NCBI GenBank assembly: GCA_003216635.1
Contig: QCIO01000006.1
Span: 17,767-81,766, forward strand
DNA: 64,000 bases
Source of the DNA: Prochlorococcus sp. AG-402-L23
Lineage (GTDB): Bacteria > Cyanobacteriota > Cyanobacteriia > PCC-6307 > Cyanobiaceae
Reading direction: 5' to 3'
Position 1 is the stretch's first letter. Each line of letters begins with the position of its first letter. Of this stretch, positions 1 through 8,960 are shown piece by piece. Made by a program: the position numbers and the translations under genes. The notes beneath the pieces were generated by a model. The model searched no databases and had not been told where the DNA came from. It was given only the letters and a program-made list of their open reading frames with translations.

Positions 1-1224
1 TCATACGAAGACCTTTACCCTCACTATGATTTTATTGAGAATTTTTGTGGCATTTATGGACGGAAAGATGATATTAAGGAAGTCCCCAACGGTAAATATA
101 TTGGTGAAATACCTCTTACAGAAAACGAAAAAGTTTTTGGCAGCAAAGTTAAATCAAAATTAAACTATCCATTTATCCAATCAAGAGGCTTTGACCGTAA
201 TTCGTCAGTAAAAGATAAAGGATGGCCCAAGTCCTCTAGTGTAGGAAGCACTTTTAAAAAAGCTTTAGATACTGGAAATGTACAAATAATATCTAATCAC
301 TTAGTGGAGTCTTTTGAGATTAATAAGATAACAGATCTTGCATCAAAAATAACGATCGTAAACTTAGAAAATGGATGCAAAAAAGAATTAAATTGTGATT
401 TAATCCTCCTTTGCGCATCAACAATTTCAACGCTGAGAATACTACTGAACTCAGAATACAAATCAAATTCCTTAGGGTTTAAAGATGATTCTGGGAAATT
501 AGGTAAATACCTCATGGATCACATATCTATCTTTAGATTTTTTTCAGTCCCAAAAACAAAAAACTCAGATAAAAAATTAGATAATCCTCCCGATCTTTCT
601 GGTGCAGGCAGCTTCTTTATTCCATTTGGTTCAAATTTACCAGAAATTGACGACATAAATTTCCATAGAGGTTATGGAATCTGGGGGGCAATTGATAGAT
701 TAGGAATACCTAAATTTTTGCAAAGAAACAAAAACACATCCATTGGTTTTCTTATCGCCCATGGCGAAGTACTTCCTAGAGAGAAAAACTCAGTTTCTCT
801 CTCAAAAAAAACAGATGAATGGGGTATCCCAATTCCTTACATTGAATTCGAATGGAGCGAAAATGAGTTAAATATGGCAAAACATATGGAAAAAACAATA
901 CGAAAATCAATAAAAGCTGCGAATGGAGAAATAAAAAAAATTGATGAACTAATTAATATCCCATTAGGGAGTTTATTTACAAAAAATTTGATTGCACTTT
1001 CAGATAGTCCCCCTCCCCCAGGATATTACATACATGAAGTAGGAGGGGCACCAATGGGAACTAATGAAGAAAATAGCGTGGTTGATAAATTTAATAGAAT
1101 ATGGAGATGCAAAAATGTACTTGTGCTAGATGGAGCGTGCTGGCCAACTTCATCTTGGCAAAGCCCCACACTAACAATGATGGCATTGTGTAGGAGAGCG
1201 TGCCTAAATATTAAAAAGATTTAG
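1..1224 (+). CDS. GMC (glucose-methanol-choline) family oxidoreductase, 5'-truncated by the window edge
   Basis: Frame 1 is open from base 1 (SYEDLYPHYDFIENFCGIYG...) and is in frame with ORF 304..1224. GMC C-terminal motifs: LGKYLMDH, YYIHEVGGAPMG, VLVLDGACWPTSSWQSPTLTMMAL. Confidence 0.85.
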   Translation, partial: SYEDLYPHYDFIENFCGIYGRKDDIKEVPNGKYIGEIPLTENEKVFGSKVKSKLNYPFIQSRGFDRNSSVKDKGWPKSSSVGSTFKKALDTGNVQIISNHLVESFEINKITDLASKITIVNLENGCKKELNCDLILLCASTISTLRILLNSEYKSNSLGFKDDSGKLGKYLMDHISIFRFFSVPKTKNSDKKLDNPPDLSGAGSFFIPFGSNLPEIDDINFHRGYGIWGAIDRLGIPKFLQRNKNTSIGFLIAHGEVLPREKNSVSLSKKTDEWGIPIPYIEFEWSENELNMAKHMEKTIRKSIKAANGEIKKIDELINIPLGSLFTKNLIALSDSPPPPGYYIHEVGGAPMGTNEENSVVDKFNRIWRCKNVLVLDGACWPTSSWQSPTLTMMALCRRACLNIKKI

Positions 1225-1468
1225 AAGGAGTGAATAGTTGATTTAAATAAATCTCTGAAACAGAATTATCATTACATCCGTTTTGAACCAGAAAAGTAGC
1301 TAATGCTGAATTTATAAGCTTGTATTGATCCCAAGTTGGGTTACTTAACACGAAATCTTTCATAGTGTTGTAGAGAGTTTCTGAAAGCTCTGTTTCTAAA
1401 GAAACTTTATTTGAAGAGCACTCGACAAATTTCTTGTCAGTTAAATTTGATTGGCTGATTTGTTCCAT
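1211..1468 (-). CDS. DUF2811-like small conserved cyanobacterial protein
   Basis: SLETELSETLY..MKDFV.SNP.WDQY....ALA.FLVQNG pattern recognised from DUF2811 proteins. Confidence 0.7.
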   Translation of the reverse strand: MEQISQSNLTDKKFVECSSNKVSLETELSETLYNTMKDFVLSNPTWDQYKLINSALATFLVQNGCNDNSVSEIYLNQLFTPSKSF

Positions 1469-1689
1469 AAATTTATATTTTCTTTAATGAATATAATGAT
1501 ATTTTTTTCTAAAAAAATCAAAAAATATCTTCTATAAAATTTTTCAAATTATCAAATGAGACTCATGTTATAAATAAGTTTTTTAAAAACTGTCTTTTTA
1601 AATAAGGAAATTGAATAGTTCTTAAAGAAAAGTCAACAATAATGTTGAAGTCCTGTTTTTTTTATAAACTGCTGGGATTCCTAATCCAA

Positions 1690-1731
1690 TGTGGATTTGG
1701 ACGTGGAAAACAACCTGTAAATTGTGGAAAA
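1690..1731 (+). promoter_or_regulatory. Cluster of three DnaA-box-like 9-mers
   Basis: TGTGGATTT (1690-1698), CGTGGAAAA (1702-1710) and TGTGGAAAA (1723-1731). The last is the exact reverse complement of the cyanobacterial box TTTTCCACA. Confidence 0.35.
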
Positions 1732-1820
1732 TCTAGCTCAAAATACTTTCAAGATTTTATATTAAGAATACTTATATATACTGAGTCTATTAAGACTTAG
1801 TCGAGAAAGAGACGGGTGAT

Positions 1821-2975
1821 TCATCGATTTTCAACGGATTTTCTTAAGATTTGATCTTCATTAGGCAAGCGAAGCGTGACAGGTCCCAAGGGGTGATTTG
1901 AATTTGGATAAATACTATGGTGATGGTGATGGTTATTATGTTCATGTTGATGAGCCTCCACATCTTCATGTTCTAAGTAATCACCTTCTCCTGAGTTTGA
2001 TTTTTCTTGGTTATGAGTAAGGATTTGATGTTGTATTTCACAAGTACCATTACATTCAGTATCACATAAATCACAGCTAATACCCAAGCCCTCTACATGG
2101 TCATGATGACTTTCTTGTACAATTCCAACTTCTTTTTCAAAGCCAAATAAATTTGATCTATATTTACAAGTTGAGCAATTCATAAAATTCTTACCTTCGT
2201 TATTAAGAATCTCTTCAATCCTTTCTACAAAAGTGTCGACCACATAAGACTGTGATGAAAGATATTTCGCATGTATAAATGAAATATTTGGATTATTAAT
2301 CGCGACTAAATCACTTTGCCTTTTTATTCTTGTGACAAGGACACCTGAGAAAAGGAAATAAGGGAAAATAATTATATTTTTATAACCAAGTCTCACAACA
2401 TTTTTCAAGCCAGGTTCAACAAGAGGGAAAGTTACTCCAGAAAAGACTGTTTCCCCCCACCCTAAACCAAGACCCTCTACGATCATTCTCGTAATTTTTG
2501 AAACATTGGAATTAGCATCTGGGTCAGAAGAACCTCTACCAACAACAACTAATAATGATTCTTCAGGTTTGAGAGTATTATTTTGTTTAAATACATCTTT
2601 TACTCTTTCACAAGCTGCACTAATCATTAAATTATTAATACCTAATTCTCTTCCATAAATTATTTCAATACCTGTTTTACTTGAATAATTCATAAGCAAA
2701 CTAGGTATATCATTTTTTACATGCCCAGCAGCGAAAAGCATTGCGGGTATTGCAATTATTTTTTTTATAGAAAGATCTTGTAACTTATCTAGAGCATCAA
2801 CAAGTGAAGGTTTAGCGAATTCCAAGAAACCATATTCAATTATAAAGTTTGGATATCTTTTTTGAATGAACTTAGTTAATTCTTGAAATTCAGTAATGGC
2901 TAGTTTATTTCTACTTCCGTGTCCACAGATAAGTATCGCGACTTGATTATTTAACTTCGAATCTAAACTATCCAA
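1821..2975 (-). CDS. cbiX: Sirohydrochlorin cobaltochelatase CbiX (long form) with Cys/His-rich C-terminus
   Basis: Motifs ILICGHGSR, YGFLEFAKPSL, PAMLFAAGHVKNDIP, VVGRGSSDPDAN, PYFLFSGVLV, MNCSTC and a poly-His tail. The ORF track starts at 3056; TTG at 2975 fits the homologous N-terminus better and avoids overlap with the divergent gene. Confidence 0.92.
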   Translation of the reverse strand: MDSLDSKLNNQVAILICGHGSRNKLAITEFQELTKFIQKRYPNFIIEYGFLEFAKPSLVDALDKLQDLSIKKIIAIPAMLFAAGHVKNDIPSLLMNYSSKTGIEIIYGRELGINNLMISAACERVKDVFKQNNTLKPEESLLVVVGRGSSDPDANSNVSKITRMIVEGLGLGWGETVFSGVTFPLVEPGLKNVVRLGYKNIIIFPYFLFSGVLVTRIKRQSDLVAINNPNISFIHAKYLSSQSYVVDTFVERIEEILNNEGKNFMNCSTCKYRSNLFGFEKEVGIVQESHHDHVEGLGISCDLCDTECNGTCEIQHQILTHNQEKSNSGEGDYLEHEDVEAHQHEHNNHHHHHSIYPNSNHPLGPVTLRLPNEDQILRKSVENR

Positions 2976-3022
2976 AATCAAGTTATTACTTATACCATAA
3001 TAGTAAAGAACGATATCATGTA

Positions 3023-4303
3023 GTGAAAAATAATAAAAACTTGCTTGAAGTTCCAAATATCAACTCAAAAGATGCAAAATTAAAGAAATTAATTTATGAC
3101 TTGGATGATTCCTTATTTAATGAGGATAACTATTCTAAGGAAAAATTCGAGCACCTTTGCGTATGTAGTGGAGGTACAACCTCTAGCTGTGCAAAAAATG
3201 GTTTTACAACTCTTGATCTAAGAAAAAATCACAGCAAAATTCACCTAGATAGAAAAACCAATTTAGTAACGATTGGAGGTGGAGTGATAATGGGGGATCT
3301 AGTAAATCATTTACAAAAACATAATCGAAGTTTTCCAATCGGACTTTCTAAACTTCCTGGAGCAGGTTATATACTTACTGGTGGAGTAAGCCCGCTCAGT
3401 AGAGCCTACGGATTAGCTATTGATAATATTGAATCAATAAAAGGTTTCTTGGGTAATGGCACATTTATCTCTTTAAAAAAAAATCAAATAAATCCAGAAG
3501 AGCAATTGATTTGGGAAGCAATTAAAGGGGCAGCACCCTTCTTCTCAATTATTACCGAAATAGAACTTAAAACTATCCAATCTAATCCAATTAACGTTAT
3601 TGAAGGATTTGTAAATCTAAATGAACTTTCAGAAATAATAAAACTATCAGAGGAATTCCCAGAGAATATTAGTCTTCAATGGATTTATGCCCAAAATATT
3701 TACATATATATTTTTGTTGAACTCAAAAATAATTTAGAGGATAAAAGAACAGAAGAATACTCAATGCTTCTAGACAAATTTCCTGCTCTAGAAAAAAAAT
3801 TTCATGAGAACTTTAACAAAATAAATTTCTTCCCAAAGGAATTGAATTTATATGAGCTGAATGCAAATAACCATTCTGAGGTAATTAGTCTTCTTGGAGA
3901 AGATTTAAAAAATGATATCCCAATTTTCATAAAATGTTTGGATGAAATAATGGACAATAAACCTAATAATTCTTGTTATATTGCTTCTCAACAATTAGGG
4001 TGCAAAACTAAAAAGTTAAATCATGGCTCAAGCTTTTTTGTTCATAGAAAAAGTACTTGGAAACCATGGATATATGCATCATGGAAAAAAAATGATCTTC
4101 AAGAAAAAGAAGTCGCTTTGGAATGGATTTATAAATCGTGGAGCAAGCTAAAAAGGTTTTATCCAAATATTCACTTAGCCCAATTGCATAATCATTTGAA
4201 TTCTCATGAGGAAGAAATTACATTAGCCTTTGGAAATAGAATGAATGAATTAAAAACTTTAAAGAATATTTTTGACCCACAAGGTATTTTGCCTCCTTTA
4301 TGA
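3023..4303 (+). CDS. FAD-binding oxidoreductase (PCMH/VAO-type FAD-binding domain)
   Basis: VTIGGGVIMGDL, GYILTGGVSPLSRAYGLAIDNI, LIWEAIKGAAP, and C-terminal LKTLKNIFDPQGIL typical of FAD_binding_4/BBE proteins. Confidence 0.8.
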   Translation: MKNNKNLLEVPNINSKDAKLKKLIYDLDDSLFNEDNYSKEKFEHLCVCSGGTTSSCAKNGFTTLDLRKNHSKIHLDRKTNLVTIGGGVIMGDLVNHLQKHNRSFPIGLSKLPGAGYILTGGVSPLSRAYGLAIDNIESIKGFLGNGTFISLKKNQINPEEQLIWEAIKGAAPFFSIITEIELKTIQSNPINVIEGFVNLNELSEIIKLSEEFPENISLQWIYAQNIYIYIFVELKNNLEDKRTEEYSMLLDKFPALEKKFHENFNKINFFPKELNLYELNANNHSEVISLLGEDLKNDIPIFIKCLDEIMDNKPNNSCYIASQQLGCKTKKLNHGSSFFVHRKSTWKPWIYASWKKNDLQEKEVALEWIYKSWSKLKRFYPNIHLAQLHNHLNSHEEEITLAFGNRMNELKTLKNIFDPQGILPPL

Positions 4304-4333
4304 GTTAACTTCTTAATTATAAAGAAACTTAAA

Positions 4334-5899
4334 ATGTCAAATTTCTCAAGATATTTTTCTAAAAATTGGTTAGATGATCCAAAGTCAAATATTCTCTCTG
4401 GCTTAGTTGTTGCTTTTGCAATGATCCCAGAAGCAATTGCTTTTTCAGGTATAGCTGGTGTAGATCCTAAGGTTGGCCTTTTTGGTGCATTTTGCTTATC
4501 TATAACAATTGCGATTGTTGGAGGGAGAAGGGGTATGATCACTTCAGCCACAGGTTCAACAGCTCTTTTAATGACTGGACTTGTTGCTTATGGAGAATCG
4601 CAAGCTCCTGGATTAGGAGTCCCATATCTTATTGCAGCTGGAATATTAACTGGAATACTCCAAATTCTTTGGGGATATTTAAGACTTGCCTACCAAATGC
4701 GATTCGTGCCAACAGGAGTATTAAGTGGATTTGTAAATGCACTGGCACTTTTAATATTTCAAGCACAACTACCTCAGTTAGGAATAGGTATTAAAGAATC
4801 AAAAGGATTAGTTGAACAAACTATAAGTCAATATCCAGTCAATTCTCAGATTCCATTAGTTTGGATTCTTGTAATCCTAGGATTAGTAATTATCTATGGG
4901 CTTCCAAAAATCACAAAAGTAGTCCCATCTCAACTTATCGCAATAGTAGTAATTACTCTTATAAGCACATTCTTTAATCTAGATGTCCCAACAGTTAGCG
5001 ATTTGGGTAAATTACCTGATGGATTACCAAGTATTTCTCTTCCTTTTGGATCAATTGAAAATGGGAAAGTACCTTTTAGTCTTGAAACATTAGGCATAAT
5101 TTTACCGACTTCACTTGCAATATCTCTCGTGGGTTTAATGGAAACCTTTTTAACTCAAGACATTTTAGACGATGTAACTGATACAAGTTCTAATAAAAAT
5201 AAAGAAGCAAGAGGACAGGGAATCGCAAATATTGTGGCATCCTTATTTGGTGGAATGGCAGGATGTGCCTTAGTTGGGCAATCTGTTATGAATACTGAAA
5301 ATGGTGGTAAATCTAGATTATCAACCCTCTCCTCAGGGATATCTCTACTAATTATGATAATTCTCTTGAAGTCTTGGATTGGAGCAATACCAATGGCTGC
5401 TTTAGTAGCAATCATGATAACGATCGCAATAAGTACAGCAGATATAAATGGATTAAAAAATATTAGAAAGATACCTAAAAGCGATACTGCAGTAATGCTT
5501 ATGACTTTTGCAGTTACAATGCTTACAAAACCCCATAATCTTGCACTTGGAGTTATTGCAGGAGTTGCATTAGCTGCAATTCTTTTCAGCAGAAAAGTCG
5601 CGAAAGTTATAACTGTCTCAAGAACGAAAGAAAATAATTTGACTACCTACAAAGTAAAAGGACAATTATTTTTTGTAAGTAAAATTTATTTTTTACAAGG
5701 ATTTGATATTCATGAACATCCAGAAAATATTGTAATTGATATGTCTTTAGCTCATATTTGGGATCAAAGTGGCGTTGTTGCTCTTGAACAAATTATTAGA
5801 AAATTCCAGAATGGTGGTTCTAAAGTTGAACTTGTAGGATTAAATAAAGAAAGTCTTAACTTATTTGAAAGACTAGGTGGTACGGAAAGCGCTCATTAA
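4334..5899 (+). CDS. SulP/SLC26 family anion transporter with STAS domain
   Basis: SGLVVAFAMIPEAIAFS.IAGVDP.VGL, GG.AGCALVGQS, and C-terminal STAS (GQLFFVS, VIDMSLAHIWDQSGV). Confidence 0.9.
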   Translation: MSNFSRYFSKNWLDDPKSNILSGLVVAFAMIPEAIAFSGIAGVDPKVGLFGAFCLSITIAIVGGRRGMITSATGSTALLMTGLVAYGESQAPGLGVPYLIAAGILTGILQILWGYLRLAYQMRFVPTGVLSGFVNALALLIFQAQLPQLGIGIKESKGLVEQTISQYPVNSQIPLVWILVILGLVIIYGLPKITKVVPSQLIAIVVITLISTFFNLDVPTVSDLGKLPDGLPSISLPFGSIENGKVPFSLETLGIILPTSLAISLVGLMETFLTQDILDDVTDTSSNKNKEARGQGIANIVASLFGGMAGCALVGQSVMNTENGGKSRLSTLSSGISLLIMIILLKSWIGAIPMAALVAIMITIAISTADINGLKNIRKIPKSDTAVMLMTFAVTMLTKPHNLALGVIAGVALAAILFSRKVAKVITVSRTKENNLTTYKVKGQLFFVSKIYFLQGFDIHEHPENIVIDMSLAHIWDQSGVVALEQIIRKFQNGGSKVELVGLNKESLNLFERLGGTESAH

Positions 5900-5904
5900 A
5901 AAAG

Positions 5905-6795
5905 TTAATTAAGACTAACTTGTTGATAACAAAACCAAAGCCATTGCTGAAAAAGCAAATTCCTATGAGATCTCCAGGCGGTTTTTGAACTATTTAGATC
6001 AAAATTTTCAGGAGGAGGAACATCTCCCTTTTCTTTGTCTCTTTCAATTTCACTAATAATTCTATGCACTGTATATTCAGGATGACCTAAATGCATAAGT
6101 TGTTTTTGATCATTAGATTCAAATATTGTATATCCAACATTTTCTCCATAAGCCAACAAATTCAATTTCCCTTCTTTTTGGGCCTTCTCCATCTCCAAAT
6201 CTGGTAATCCTGCAAATCTACTTTGAGGACAAATAAATTCATCATCTTGTGTCCCCATCAAAGGATGTCCAGGAACAAGACTTTTTAAAGGGAATACCCC
6301 AAATAATTTCCTATCAAAAACTTTCTTATCAACCCCTGCCAAATAAGCCAGAGCAAAGCCAGCCCAACATAATCCAAGAGTACTCGCACAAGAATTTCTG
6401 GCTTCATTTACAATTTTCACAAATTCATCCCAATACTTAACATCCTCAAAGGCTAGGTGCTCAATAGGTGCTCCAGTGATAATAATTCCATCTAACGGGT
6501 CTGGATTATTTGCCTCTTCCCAAGTTATATACAAATTATTTAGATGATTAATATCCCATGTTTTATAAGTGTGAGTTTTAAGCTTTATCCAAACTGGCTC
6601 TATTTGAAGAGGAGATAAACCAAGTGGATGTAGTAAGTTAAATTCATATTGCTTACCAAGAGGCATGATATTCAAAATGCCAATCCTAAGAGGACGTATG
6701 TCCTGTCTATTTGCTAATTCTGGTTCGATCCAGGATATATGATTTTTCTCAACATCACTTATCTTGTGATAATTGCTAGGGATTATTAAAGCCAA
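5905..6795 (-). CDS. metA: Homoserine O-acyltransferase, MetA/HTS family (probably acetyl-specific)
   Basis: DIRPLRIGILNIMP, DGIIITGAPIE, catalytic Cys in LGLCWAG, and HPEY motif. Confidence 0.92.
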   Translation of the reverse strand: MALIIPSNYHKISDVEKNHISWIEPELANRQDIRPLRIGILNIMPLGKQYEFNLLHPLGLSPLQIEPVWIKLKTHTYKTWDINHLNNLYITWEEANNPDPLDGIIITGAPIEHLAFEDVKYWDEFVKIVNEARNSCASTLGLCWAGFALAYLAGVDKKVFDRKLFGVFPLKSLVPGHPLMGTQDDEFICPQSRFAGLPDLEMEKAQKEGKLNLLAYGENVGYTIFESNDQKQLMHLGHPEYTVHRIISEIERDKEKGDVPPPENFDLNSSKTAWRSHRNLLFQQWLWFCYQQVSLN

Positions 6796-6808
6796 TAAAT
6801 CTCCTTTC

Positions 6809-8152
<1,344 letters not shown>

Positions 8153-8208
8153 CTATTATATATTTAACTTAAAAAAGGCCCAAAAAAAAACAAAAAAAAG
8201 ACAAATAT

Positions 8209-8910
8209 TTATAAATCCTTTTTTAATGAAGGATAATTTTCTTTCATATATAAACTCAAATCATCTTTTATCACAGATCTGAGTTTTTCAATATTTGCAG
8301 AATCAATTATTGGAAAAGTTTTATTAGCCTCAGGATCTTTTTCAGTAATTGATTTCCAATTCTTATCAACATCTTTTTCAGAGTTGTTGAGAACCTCATC
8401 AAAATTGAACCCCTTATCGTTATTTTTAGCGTCAAATTCGCTAAAAGCTTTATTTATAAGCTCTTTTCTATTTACGAATAGATTCTTGGCTTTTAAAGTA
8501 TCTGGAAGACCCATAACTGGTTGTAATTCCTTAAGAATTTTTATTTCCTCTTCAATTAAGAGTGTCCAAACACCATATTTATTTTTTGGAAGATTAGAGT
8601 TACTAAAAATCTTAATTTCATAGAGGTAAAAATTTAACCATAAGTAATATGACTTTTCTTCAATAGTTTTTTTAACGGATATCTTTTTATTTTGAACCTT
8701 TGGTAGTAACTTCTCTGCTTTCTTTAAAAACTGTCTGTCTTCTCTTTCTAAATTTATTAATCCCCATCTTTGACTGTAGTCCCATAAATCTTCGTATCTT
8801 GTTAAGTCTTCTTGATTCCAACCAAGAGCTTTCAGTTCATGAGAACGATGTGTTAATTCCTTTTTCAAAAAAAACCTTTTAAACAACAATAATTCTAACC
8901 CTGCAATCAA
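8209..8910 (-). CDS. Conserved hypothetical protein
   Basis: 233-aa ORF co-oriented with its neighbours, with typical codon composition. No motif recognised; the start is uncertain. Confidence 0.7.
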   Translation of the reverse strand: MIAGLELLLFKRFFLKKELTHRSHELKALGWNQEDLTRYEDLWDYSQRWGLINLEREDRQFLKKAEKLLPKVQNKKISVKKTIEEKSYYLWLNFYLYEIKIFSNSNLPKNKYGVWTLLIEEEIKILKELQPVMGLPDTLKAKNLFVNRKELINKAFSEFDAKNNDKGFNFDEVLNNSEKDVDKNWKSITEKDPEANKTFPIIDSANIEKLRSVIKDDLSLYMKENYPSLKKDL

Positions 8911-8960
8911 GATTAGTAAATAAATTAAGAACTTAGCTTTCTAGAAAATTAGATAAATAA

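Noticed and set aside
2976-3056. Possible cobalamin riboswitch upstream of cbiX
   Set aside because: Only about 47 bp separate the divergent starts and no B12-box is visible.
4204-5415. ORFs 4204..4551(-), 4492..4794(+) and 5155..5415(-)
   Set aside because: Antisense or off-frame shadows of the SulP gene with no independent motifs.
8160-8200. A-rich tract (aaaaaaggcccaaaaaaaaacaaaaaaaag) upstream of metY, considered as a terminator or riboswitch
   Set aside because: No GC stem precedes the U-runs on the minus strand, and the 71-bp gap is too short for a SAM riboswitch.
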